Origin: Octopus bimaculoides
Taxonomy: Eukaryota
NCBI RefSeq assembly: GCF_001194135.2
Contig: NC_068985.1
Location: forward strand, 55,018,670 to 55,082,669
Reading direction: 5' to 3'
DNA length: 64,000 nucleotides
This document shows, one piece after another, positions 1 through 11,363 of the stretch (position 1 is the stretch's first letter; every line of letters starts with the position of its first letter). The notes under the pieces were generated by a model. That model worked only from the letters and a program-made list of their open reading frames with translations, was not told where the DNA came from and did no database searches. Position numbers and translations under genes: made by a program.

Positions 1-1026
1 CTATGAAAATGTGATAGATATATTTGCCCAGGAAGATCGAAGAATTGAATTAATTTATAAATGAGGTAAATAACATTTTAGAACCTTAAAAAAAAAAATT
101 AATATATTAAAGGGCATATATTACAGGTTTTGGTTAGTGTTTGTTATAATGTAAGGTTCGACCATCTTACATCAGTATTGTTTGGCAGGAGAAATGGTTC
201 GACTTCTTCGTCACGCCTAACCTACATAGGTTTTCCTTTCTGTGCTGCTGGGTGTAGTCTATTTACAGCCGTAAATGTCTTGTTTCAATCTCAGAGATGT
301 TGACTTCTGCCACAACAGTTTTGGGGTTTTTTTTATAATGTTGAATTTTTACTCTCTTTCATTGTGTGTGTATTCATGTATATGAGTATATTTTCAATGT
401 GTGTGTGTGAGACGTAGTCTTTTAATATACGGAATTCAGTAAGTCTCAGAACAGTCTGCTTGAGTATTGATAATTTTCCCAGAATTGACAAGTAGCATGA
501 TAAAACACCTGACTTGTCTTCCAGGGCGTAACGATTTTAAAGCATGGCCATATAATGTAACTAAATGTGTTCTCTTAATTAAATCATTTCAATTTGATTC
601 AGCTCAACCAATAGGTATAGGGGCTAATGCAGAATCGCACCCCTTTGAAAAACGAATTTTGTGAAAAATTTTTTTCTGATTCCTACCTTTAACAGAGATT
701 CCGAATATGCAAAAATATTAACAGAATCCAATTTCTACATTTCACTTATGATTTTTAGACTTTTTAAGGGAGAGTGAGGATGGGAAAGTACTGACGTTTC
801 GAAGAGAGAGAAAAATACAAACAATACACTTATTTCAGGCTCATCTTTACAGAGCCATTTTTTATTCCCTGCTTATTCTAGGTCATACGAGGGTGATTGC
901 ATATTCAGAATCTCCCATATGTAAATTGTAGGAATACGAAAATTTATTTACTGAAAAATTGCCGGGGGGGGGGGGGAGAGAGAAATTAATTGCATGCCCA
1001 ACCCCGGAAGTCACCGCACGCCACTG
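1..1026 (+). mobile_element. 3' end of a hAT-superfamily DNA transposon (transposase C-terminus plus right terminus)
   Basis: Bases 2-64 translate YENVIDIFAQEDRRIELIYK*, matching the 'ID.FA....RR..L' ending of the hAT C-terminal dimerisation domain. The segment ends in ...TCACCGCACGCCACTG (1011-1026), whose reverse complement CAGTGGCG is a hAT-type TIR start. An internal 18-bp inverted repeat lies at 695-712 / 897-914 (17/18). The left end is outside the window. Confidence 0.6.
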
Positions 1027-1797
1027 GTATACAGATATGCTATAAATGGTGTACATCATATTAACACCTTTGCTACATTTACAGCACATGTAAAGAACAG
1101 AAGAACGTAAATAGAACAATGCATAAACAACTTATCAATACACACACACACACACACACACACTGATATTACATTTAGTTAACAAAAGGAAACAGCGACA
1201 GTGGTGTACACAAGATATGTTAAACTCACTATGAATTATCCAAACTTTGTCTGGTCCTGCAAGATACATCTCCATGAGGCATGATATATTAAAGGATACA
1301 AAACAAAACTCTTTACATCATTACAGACTGTAACCACAATCACAGGTATGCTCAGACAGAAATATGCATGATATAAAAAGAAAAACCCCAAAAACATTGA
1401 CGTTTACTATAGTAACATCACTTCTCATAGTTTCTGCCACTATATGTACAATAACACTCCAGAAAACCATCACCACCACCACCATAACAACAGCAATATC
1501 ATCCTTAAAAATCACCACCTTTCTTACATCAACACCATCATTGTTTAACATCCATGTTCCATGTTGGCATGGGCCAGGTTTCTTGCTGCAGAGGATCTAG
1601 ATGGCTACTCACATTTTGGAAAAGAGGGTTGGGGGAATTCAGGGTGGAACTGGAAAGCGATAAAGATAAAAATAATGGTGATAAAGTGTCAGGGTAGATT
1701 CTAAGATATGAAGTGAGTAGAAATGACTGGGAATAGAACAGGGAGTGTGGAAAGGTAGAGTTTGTAAGCAGGAACAGAAGCATCAATAACCTCAAAA

Positions 1798-2003
1798 ATA
1801 CTACCTGTGTATGTAAGCCTGGCAATGCTTTCTGAGAACATTAGAGGTAATTAGGTGGATTAGAGAAATCAATATGAAGGGAAAATTAGAAGTTATCGAC
1901 AAATACACATAGCCAGCCATTGGGCTTCAATACTTCTTTGACAGATCTCCTCTGTAGAGATTAATAAATCATTCATTCTTTTGCATTATAAGAAGCTCTC
2001 TGC
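1798..2003 (-). repeat. Copy 1 of a locally duplicated ~205-bp segment; contains an exon-like 147-bp unit (1805-1951) with a 1-bp deletion
   Basis: Aligns along its length with 6439-6670. On the minus strand it reads ctctacag|...cacag|GTAGTA. All three frames contain stops in this copy. Confidence 0.75.
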
Positions 2004-2566
2004 ACAGTACTGAGTTTGTACATTACTAAAGTAGTGACTATAGATGACATTAAGTTATCTGAATGATTACATATGTGCCCTAGGTTAGTTCAATGAGGTC
2101 TTGGCTAGGGCTATATCACCACCATCACCACCACAACAACATCAACAACAGCAGTAGAAAGCCAAGCTAATGACTGAAACATCGACACAGATGTGCTGGC
2201 AGATAACATTATGTAGTTTGACTAAAAACACTTAGGTACCTTTGTATATTTATTATGAAAGCACCACTGACACTCCGTGAGTGTGTGTGTGTGTGCACAT
2301 ATATGCATGTAAGTATGTATGTGTATTATATGTGTATGTGGATGGATGTATACATAAGCTAATATAATGTTACATTATAAATACAATGAATTACAATAAA
2401 AATAAAATTTCATTTTATACAAGAAACAAAAGTATTGAGATAAAAATGGCTACAGTATTTTATTTATGTTTAACAATAATTATATTTATTATTATTGTTA
2501 TCTCTGTCACCATACACAGAGGAATACTTTATATGACATTTACAGATATTCTCCCATGCTACAGGA

Positions 2567-2659
2567 ACAGACATGACTTTGTAGTTAACAAGTTTGTTTT
2601 CAATCTGTGTAATTTCAGGTTCCGTTTTATTCCATGGACCCTTGGGAAAGTGCCTTCTA
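2567..2659 (+). mobile_element. 5' half of a tRNA-derived SINE (family B) interrupted by the mariner
   Basis: Matches the head seen in other copies (gcaggcatggctgtgtggtaagaagtttgc...ccttgggcaagtg.cttcta). It stops exactly at the TA preceding the mariner TIR. Confidence 0.75.
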
Positions 2660-3904
2660 TCAGGTTGTTCTGAAAATAATGGCCACTCTAAGTGTTGTGT
2701 TTTGAAACACAATTTTATGATAGTATTTTAATTATATTTTAGGTGAATTTTGACATACTTAATAATTGATGTATGATCTTTAATAATTTTCTACTTATTT
2801 CAAACAGAAAACATTCTTGAAGCATAGGCGCCCTTAATTATGAACATGACAAAAAAAGGAACTTCGCTTAATTTTCTTGCATGAGTTCAAGCTTGGACAC
2901 AATGCATCCCAAACTGCTGCCAATATCAACAGAACATGGGGAGAGGGGTCCACAAGTGATTGCATAATACGAAGGTGGTTTCAGAAATTCCGTAGTTATG
3001 ATGAGAGCCTTGAAGATGAAGAAGGTAAAGGACAGTTGTGAAGTCTTGACAATGAACAATTGAAAGCAATTGTTGAACAAAACCCATGTCAAGGTGTCAG
3101 AGAAATGTCTCAGGCACTTAGTGTCAGTATTGCAACAGTCTCATGCAATCTGCAGAAGATTGGTAAGCTCGATAAATGGATACCACATGAGCTCAATGAA
3201 AAGCAGAAAGTTTGGCATTTTGAAGTGTGCTTGATGCTCTTTCTGTGAAATACCAATGATCCTTTTCTTGATCAAATAGTCACTTGTGATGTAAAGTGGA
3301 TCCTTTATGATAACCGTAAACGATCAGGTCAATGGTTTGATCATGATGAGTCCCCCAAACATTTCCCAAAGCCAAAGTTGCATCAGCAAAAGATTATAGT
3401 GACTGTCTGGTGGTCTGCAATTGGTGTTGTTTATTACAGCTTTCTGGAAGCCAATGAGAGCATGACAGCAGAGGTTTACTGCAATCAGCTCACTGTATTG
3501 GCGAATTGGTGTGGCCCAATTGGCATGCTCCACGATAATGCAAAGTCACATTTTGCAAGAATGAAGCTGCAGAAACTCACAGACTTAGGATACGAGACTT
3601 TACCACATCCTCCATATTCTCCTGATCTTTTACCCATTGACTACCATTTTTAAAGCATTAAAACACGTTTTTAAGTTATAAAACTTTCAGGTCCAAACCA
3701 GAAATGGAATCAGCTTTCAAAATTTTCTTAGCATCAAAGCCAATAAGTTTTTATCAACGAGGCATAAATAATCTTGTTGATCGATGGCAGAGATGCACAG
3801 ATGTTCACGGCTCATACCTTGACTAACCAAAACATTTCTATTGTTAATTTTTTCAGAATAAAATTATGTTTCTGAAATCGGCCATTATTTTCTGAACAAC
3901 CTAA
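2660..3904 (+). mobile_element. Full-length defective mariner transposon (DD34D, Hsmar1/cecropia-like)
   Basis: 25-bp TIRs at 2660-2684 and 3880-3904 (23/25 identical), with a TA/TG target duplication. Transposase motifs from ATG 2840: LHEFKLGHNA, WFQKFR, WIPHEL, IVTCDVKW (D1), LHDNAKSH (D2), HPPYSPDLLPIDY (D3), with exactly 34 residues between D2 and D3. Confidence 0.95.
2840..3760 (+). pseudogene. Mariner transposase pseudogene
   Basis: An extra A in the poly-A just after the start, in-frame TGA stops near 3040 and 3246, an internal deletion before the HDNA motif, and a frameshift after DYHF. ORFs 3060-3248 and 3378-3653 are fragments of it. Confidence 0.9.
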
Positions 3905-4175
3905 TGCTATAAGGTCTGGGCTGACCAAAGCCTTGTAAGTAGACTTGGTAGACAGAAACTGAATGAAGCCTGTTATGTATGCATATGTGTGTGTGGGTAT
4001 GTTTGTCCCCCACCACCACTTGACAGCTGGTGTTTGTTTGTTTATGTCCTTGTGGCTTAGAAGTTTGGCAGGAGACATATAGAGTAAGCACCAGACTTTA
4101 AAAAAGAACAATAAGTATTGGGGTCAATTTATTTGACTAAAAACCTTCAAGGTGGAAACAGGTAAAAAATAAAAG
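3905..4175 (+). mobile_element. 3' half of the interrupted family-B SINE (body, microsatellite hinge, tail type ii)
   Basis: Resumes the SINE sequence directly after the right TIR (ctata..gggctgaccaaagccttgt..gacagaaactgaa.gaagcc), then (GT)n and the gtttgtcccccac...ggggtcaatt tail. Confidence 0.8.
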
Positions 4176-5482
4176 ATGAGTGTGTGTGTGTGTATGCATG
4201 AGAGAATTTGGTGGATGGGAATAACATAAAGCCCATCAAGTATGTGTGTGTCTATATTCCATGCAGTCACCATTTGAATGAAGTAGTGCTGATGCTGGTT
4301 GCTCTACGTTTTCCGTCTTCTAGAATAAAGAAATCCCTTGCTCACAGAAAAGCATCCAGAAATTAAATTCTGTTCTGAATAACTTGCAATCCAAAACCAT
4401 GCAAACATTAAAAAAAGCAGGTGTTATATGAATGAATGATACAATAAATGACAAGCACAATTAAAGTGTAGTGTTACAATGTTTCTGCTCAGTTCAATAT
4501 ATAGAAAAACAAAATGTTAAAACCATAATGAGGGAAATAACTGAAAATCTTGCATATTCTCTTTTGTAAAAAATTGCTGTACAATAATAAAAAGGATTTA
4601 GCGAATTGGTCTTGACACATTAGAATTTGCTATTGTCACAAAACCAGTTCAATAATTCCCAAAACTATTCCTTTAAGGAATCATGTGGTAACTGTACATA
4701 GAGTAATCTCTTGATGATGGTAAACGGTTTCACTGCTAAACAGTAAAATGATCAAATGAAAACCAAGCTGGAATGTAACTCTAGATACATGCAGATCAAG
4801 ATAACTTTAAACCAAAGCAGAAAACCAAGGATCTGGGACAATCTGATGTCAAACAACAAAGATATTAGAGACTCCTCAAAAATGTACCATTATACTTGTA
4901 ATCTGGTATTTATTTTTTTTCATACATGCCATAATAGTTGTTGGTACACATATAGCCATTTAAGGATTAACAAGCAGGAACAACATATTGTTTCATAAAG
5001 CCTTTAATAATAATAATAATCCTTTTAATAAAACAATGTTATCAATGTTCTCAAAATGTTTTTTATTAGTCAGTCAATGAGACAAGTGTAAACCCAGCTA
5101 GAAAAGAATGTAACACTTTTCTATTCAACATCCCATGTGACACATATCAGCAGCGATCTCAACCAAAGGAAAAGAAAAAAAAAGAAAAAAGAATATGACA
5201 TTTGTTTGCCACATGTCTATCGAAAGAGGAAACTATGAAACCTAATGGATTATGTTGACATCATAGAAATGTAGATTAGGTTTGTTGCTACATCCCCTTT
5301 TTATAAAGAAGCACCTATCAGAGGACTAGAGATGCTAAAAGATAATTCACTATGAAATCTCCAACTCACCAATGTGGTGGTCATCCCATGATCAGATGTG
5401 CCCAGAGTTCTTTTATAAAGAAGAGTAAGAATTAGAAGGAAGCCAAATATATAAACAAGTCTTACATTTATTCTGAATGTGA

Positions 5483-5550
5483 ATCACCTCTAATCCACCC
5501 CATTTACTGTTACCCAATAAGCATTGCCTGTCTATCCACAGGTAGTATGT
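5483..5550 (+). repeat. Inverted, more diverged third copy of the 1798/6439 segment (3' part only)
   Basis: Shares taatccacc, aagcattgcc and cacaggtagtat with the reverse complements of copies 1 and 2. Confidence 0.55.
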
Positions 5551-5635
5551 CCTGTGATACTCTATTCCCATCCTGACTAAACCATGACACAAACTGATTC
5601 ATCTATTTTATATCAATACACATTATCACCATAGG

Positions 5636-5811
5636 TACAGGCATGGTTGTGTGATTAAAAATTTTGCTTCCCAAACACTTGGTTTTGGGTTCAATCCCAC
5701 TACCCAGCCTCATAAGCAAGTGATTTCAGGGCTATAAGTCCAGGGCTAACCAAAAATTTAGGAGGAAATCGAAAGAAGCCCATCATATTATCTATCTGTC
5801 TGTCTCTCTAT

Positions 5812-5846
<35 letters not shown>

Positions 5847-6070
5847 TATTTACATTTGGTTCTACGAAAGGCAGGGGTTAAGAAAGTTGGTGTAATTTTT
5901 CCTGTCAAAAAATTGCTCACTTTTTACATTTGAAGACGTGTGGAAAGAAATCCCCTATCTGTAAAACAGGTAAGGTTTACTGACAGGAAGGACATCCAGC
6001 TGTAAAAACAATACCCCAATAATATATCTGTCTAACCCATGCCAGATGTAAAAAAAATAAAAGAACATAT
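5636..6070 (+). mobile_element. Family-B SINE with (GT)n hinge and partial type-i tail
   Basis: Head caggcatggttgtgtg...gggttcaatccc, (GT)n at 5814-5846, and the tail remnant gacaggaaggacatccagctgtaaaa...acccatgcc. Confidence 0.65.
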
Positions 6071-6438
6071 AACAGACAACTTTATGATTAGATACTGCCA
6101 TTCTTTAGAGTTCACTCAACAAAATGGCAAACAATTTGACAATTTACTGTCAAGCTGTAGCTGATATCTTCAACAACAAAAATCAATGAAATGCCAAACA
6201 ATCTTTCTAATGTTTAATAAACTTCACATTTGCGAAAGATGTCACTGAAATATTCAAGATAAGTAGTGAGATAACTGACATTTTTAACTTACTATCAAAT
6301 GTACTGCAAGAGAAAATTCTCTAGATTTATGTGTGTAATATCTGTGTGTTTGTCACTAGCATATTACATGCCATCACACTGGATTAGAATATCAACTTAG
6401 TAACCAGAAACTGAAAACTGTTTCTTTATGGTCAGAAT

Positions 6439-6670
6439 ATACTACCTGTGTAGATAAGCCTGGCAATGTTTACTGAGTACATTAGAGGTAATTAGGTGGA
6501 TTAAAGAAATCAATACAAAGGGAGACATAGAAGTTATTGACAAATACACATAGCCAGCCTTTTGGTCTTCAGTGCTTCTTTGACAAATATCCTCTGTAGA
6601 TGAGTGACTCACCCAAAATATAAGGGATTAATAAATCATGCTTTGTTTTGCATTATAAGAAGCTCTCTGC
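6439..6670 (-). other. Copy 2 of the duplicated segment; candidate 148-bp exon 6446-6593 (open, phase 1 to 2)
   Basis: catctacag|AG GAT ATT...CAC AG|GTAGTA. Translates DICQRSTEDQKAGYVYLSITSMSPFVLISLIHLITSNVLSKHCQAYLH. No homologue recognised; a decayed TE ORF is an alternative reading. Confidence 0.3.
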
Positions 6671-7994
6671 CTTTTTTTTCTTCACTATTTACAATTTGTA
6701 ATAATTAGTAGTTCATTATAACTGTAATTTGTATAACTGTAAGGGTGAAGAAGTAGTGTGCATTTAGTGCACTATCAAAGTGGAAATGCATCCTACATTA
6801 ATAGTCATGGTAAATAAATACCTTACATTTTAAAGTATGAGCAGGCGTCAGACATTACTTAGCAGACAGAATAGATAAATGAACTTCAATTTAATAATAT
6901 AAACTCAACTGTTAACAGTAGTAACACATTACCTATTTTATAGAATCCTGCATTATGAAAACTACTGAAGTGATTTTGATTAATCCTCCAAGAACAATGC
7001 TAGTGATTTACAGTGGGAGTGAAGTGGGCCTGTAGTGATGCTTTACACTGGCATTAAACATTTGTGTTCTAAAAGAATTCAAATAAAATATTTACTTCTT
7101 GTCTGTTGAAGATAGTCTGGGATTTCTAACACATTGTGAAAATTGGAAAGAAGTTGGAAGAAGTGACATTTTAATGATAACATGAATGAACTGGCTTTGC
7201 TTGCTGTTTCATTATAGTTTGTGAAAAACACAGTGTGTGATGGAAATGATGACAGTGGTGGTGGTGCAGAGAATAACTTTAGTTACACAACAACTGTCTA
7301 AAAATTCAATTAATTGATTTTATATTTTAACTTTGGGGTGGGGGTGGGAAGAGTAATCACCAATTTATTGAGGTTCCTGAATAGGTTTAAAGCAAATTGT
7401 CAGTATTATTTGCTGTTGTTTTTATCCTTTACTTCTGATATTGCATGTCTACTACTACAGTTTTACAGTTAATGATAGAGTAGTGAGCAAGAGTACTAGT
7501 GTTGATAATTAAGGAGTAACCTTCTTGTTCCTCTCAGGTTATTTGTCAATAGATTTCCATCTGATGTCATAAAAAATAAACTCTATTGTTTCTTTACTCC
7601 AAATATTTTTTCTTAGCAGTAATGCTTGTAATGTAAAGTGAGATGCCTATTAGAAAGAGAGTGAGAAAGAAAGAGAGGCAGTTATGTAGACTAGTAACAA
7701 GCTTCGATGAAGAGAAACTTGACTCAATAGGATCACAGTAGCCAAGTGGATACAGAGGTAGGTTTTCATCAGAGAACATAAAAACTAGTGAGGGGAAACT
7801 AAATTTACTTAGGATGTTGGTGCTATACAGGACTGAATTTTGTACACTTTGATAAATGGATCTGAAGGACAATACAATACAATGCCTACAGCAATATTCG
7901 AACTTGTTCTGTTAAGGAGTCATTCTCTTAATGAACTGAATAGCTATCTTTATAATTCATTAATCAATAGTTTTAGTTTTCTGTAATGAGAATA

Positions 7995-8280
7995 AACTAA
8001 ATCAATAATATAACAGTAATTATAAAATCAATAATATAATAGTTAATTAATATAAAATCAATAATAAAATGGTTAATTATTACAAAATCAATAATACAAT
8101 AGCTAATTAAAATAGAATCAATATTAGTTAATTATTATAAAATCAATACTGTATTATTTATTATAAAATCAATTATATAATAGTTAATTATCATAAAATC
8201 AATAACATAACAGTCAATTATAATATAATAATTAACAGTAATTAAAATAGCATCAATAATGAAACAGTAAATTATTTTTA
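7995..8280. repeat. Degenerate AT-rich minisatellite, ~26-30 bp unit (aaaatcaataatataatagttaattattat), ~10 copies
   Basis: The anchor aaatcaat/aatcaata recurs at a near-regular period. Confidence 0.8.
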
Positions 8281-8819
8281 AGTTAGTGCTTCCTGGAACC
8301 TATTGACATATTTGTCTATGTGGTGCCTCAAGGTACTTCAAGCATTCCATTTTGGACAACAGAATCATGACAGTTCAGGTGTTGTAGCCAGTGATGTTAT
8401 CTTACATTCAACATCTCTGGACATGGTCACCATGTATACTGTAGCAGTCAAAAAAGCTTTGGTTTAACCCCAGGTCAGCCTTCTTTGAGCAGATCTATGA
8501 TCAAAGTTGTTCCAACCATGATCAACTTAACATTTTTGTGTCCACTTTCCATGCTCCCAATGATCAGAGGACCACATCTTACTCCAGTGTTCCAGTTTTG
8601 GAGTAGTTTCCACAGATGAATGCCCCTCCTAACAGCAACTACTTTACACAGTGTACTGGGTAATTTTTCAACTTGTAACCTGTAAGGCTAAATAGGTCCC
8701 TTCATTGTGAGGGATGCTAGCTCATAGGGTGGTCGCTTAAAGTGAGATGCAGAGCAGTTAAAAGTATGATGGAGTAAGCAGGAACAGATTTGTCGTTGCA
8801 GAGGAGATTCAGGACTACC

Positions 8820-9380
8820 TCACATTCTTTTACATCATCATCTTCGTTTAACATTTGCCTTCCATGCTGACATGGGTTGGACGGTTTGACAGGATATGAT
8901 GGATCTGAAGACTGCATCATGCTCCAATTTCAGCTTTGGCATGGTTTCTATGGTTTAATGGCCTTCCTTACATCAATCACTTAACAAGTGTATTGAGTGC
9001 TTTTTTCATGGCATCAACATTAGTGAGGTCATTATGAAGCTCCAAAGACTCCAGTCATGGTTACAATGGGCTACAATAGAGAGGGAGTTGGCTTTATGCT
9101 TGGAGATGAGTATGAGGGTAGGAACAAGAAAAGGCTTCTTGCAATTGGGGAGATACGTACCTACTCACCCTGGAAAGGAGAGGGTGCAAGTGGCAGGGGT
9201 GGAACTGGAGAGAGATAAGAGTAGTGGTGATGAAATGTGAGGAGAGAACATCAAGTTACAAGGTGGGTGGGGACAGAACAGGAAGTGTAGGTGAGTACAG
9301 GTTGCAAGAGTGTCTGGTAGAGTGAGAAATGGTTAGAGATTGGGAATGGATAAGGGAATATTATGAAGAACAAGTACTGA
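8820..9380 (-). mobile_element. (GAT)n-tailed non-autonomous retroelement with a low-complexity pyrimidine-rich body
   Basis: catcatcatcttcgtttaacatttgccttccatgctgacatgggttggacgg start followed by a purine-rich tract on +. Same family as 53860-54690 and 57340-58200. Confidence 0.6.
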
Positions 9381-9515
9381 GGGATGTATTATTACCCTGT
9401 TACTAAAAACATGGATCACTGAACAATAAACAGAAACATTTCACATACTCATAAACAGAACAGCAAAACAGTATATTGTGTAATATGCTAACTTTTCTGG
9501 ATTATTATTATTATT

Positions 9516-9717
9516 TGGAGAAAATTCCCAGCTTATTTTGCTGGGTATAATGGAAAGTATCAGCTGTTCACAGCCAGTAGACTAAGGTGACACTTGTTTA
9601 CTGGTCATGCTTCAAGAACTATGCAAAGAATTCTTGCAATTCCAAGTAATGCTGATTTTTGAAGGTGTTCTATCTTTACATTTGTACCAATCTTTTTGAG
9701 CCATGTTGGTAGTTGAG
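9516..9717 (-). mobile_element. 5'-truncated R4/Dong-clade LINE 3' fragment, inserted between (TAA)n tracts
   Basis: The minus strand translates WLKKIGTNVKIEHLQKSALLGIARILCIVLEA*, the C-terminus of R4-clade RLE proteins (LQK.ALLGTA.ILR). A short 3' UTR and (TAA)n tail follow at 9501-9515, and there is (TTA)n on the other side (9718-9759). Confidence 0.8.
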
Positions 9718-9760
9718 TATTATTATTATTGTTGTTATTATTATTATTATTATTATTATC

Positions 9761-10490
9761 GAAGGTGGTAAAGTGGCAAGCTGGCAGAATCGTCAGCACG
9801 CTGGGCAAAATGCTTAGCAGTATTTCACCCATCGCTATATTCTGAGTTCAAATTCCATAGTCAACTTTGCCTTTGAGGGTCGATAAATCAAGTACCAGTT
9901 GTGTACTGGGGTTGATCTAATTGAATGGCTCCCTCCTCCAAATTTCAGGCCTCGTGCCTATAGTAGAAAGGATTATTATTGAAGGTGGTGAGCTGGCAGA
10001 ATTGTTAGCATGCCTGTCAAAATGCTTAGCAGCATTTCATCTGTCTTTACATTCTGACTTCAAATTCTGCCAAGGTTGACTTGCTTTCCATCCTTTTGGA
10101 ATTGATAAAATAAGTACCAGTTGAGCATTTGGGTTAATGTAATCAACTAATCCACTCTCCCAAAATTTCAGGCTTTGTGCCTATCATAGAAAGAATTATT
10201 ATTATTATTATTATTATTATTATTGTTATTATTATTATCATTACTAAGGCAGCAAGCTAGTAGAACCGTTAGTGCATCAGGCAAAATGCTTAGTGGCATT
10301 TCCTCCATCTTTATATTCTGAATTCAAATTCTGACTAAGTTGGCTTTGCCTTTCATCCTTTCAGGGTTGATAAAATAAATATCAGTTGAACACTGGGGTC
10401 AATGTAATTGAATTAACCCCCTCCCCTGAAATTGCTGGCCTTGTACCGAAATTTGAAACCATTATTATTATTATTGTTGTTGTTGTTAGT
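9761..10490 (+). mobile_element. Head-to-tail array of three (ATT)n-tailed tRNA-derived SINEs (family A)
   Basis: Copies at ~9761-9971, 9981-10195 and 10246-10460. Each has gctggcagaa..ttagca...ctgagttcaaattc (B-box-like)...ctttgcctttcatcc..aagtaccagtt...ggccttgtgcc, and they are separated only by (ATT)n. Confidence 0.9.
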
Positions 10491-11363
10491 GTTCACTTAA
10501 TTCTTTCTGTGTTTCAACAGAATTTTCTAATGATAATAATAATAAAAAAAGATAGCAAAATGATTTGATATGAGAATGTGTGTTGAAACTGAAGCAATTA
10601 CATTACAATGTTAAAGAGACAGTAGCACAGTACAAAAAGAAAAAAAAGAAAAACTAAAGAAAAGATATTAAATTAATAAATGAGACAAAATTAACGAAAG
10701 ATATCAATAATAAAATAACCACCCTCCTCTCAGTTTCTGTAATTAATTTAATTTGTTTTCTATAGATTCTGATCAAATGTCTCTGCTGGCAGAGCAATGA
10801 ATCCATCAAAATGATATTAAATTGTGGTTATGGATTTTCAGATACATCTTGTATGAACTTTAAAATATTTGCAACAGAAAACATAAACACAAATATAAAC
10901 AAAACCCACATAACTATTCTTTTTTTTTTTTGCTCAACATTATAAATGTTATATTAATGTCAACATCATGTTTGTTGTTTACTGAAAAAAAAAAAATGAA
11001 CTCTAAAGCAGCTATAGATTGATGTCAACATAACCATTATCAAGGGGTCTGTTGACATGTTAGAAATAGCAGCCAAGTCTCCATTAAGTGTCTGTCGCTC
11101 TGTCATCACAGATCTGTTTGATTAGAGTTGACCTGGGGTTGAGGTGGGCTTGCTCACAATATTACTGACAACAATCACAATAACACTATAAAAATTGTTA
11201 ATATCATTTCTGAGTTTCCATTATTGAAATAAGACACTTTCATGACTCAATAATGAAACAACATCTATACTTAGTAGTATGTGTGTTTGTGTGTGTGTGT
11301 ACATATATCATCAGTGTTGTCTATTTAATGTTCACTTTTCCATGACTGTATGGGTTAGGTATG

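Noticed and set aside
7594-7872. 92-aa minus-strand ORF with a hydrophobic C-terminal stretch (…LSFFLTLFLIGISLYITSITAKKKYLE) and a plausible acceptor at 7862
   Set aside because: The hydrophobic stretch derives from a GA-rich low-complexity tract, no homologue was recognised, and its phase does not join the 6593 unit. A faint 'PLG..D' similarity to CR1 endonucleases is too weak to call.
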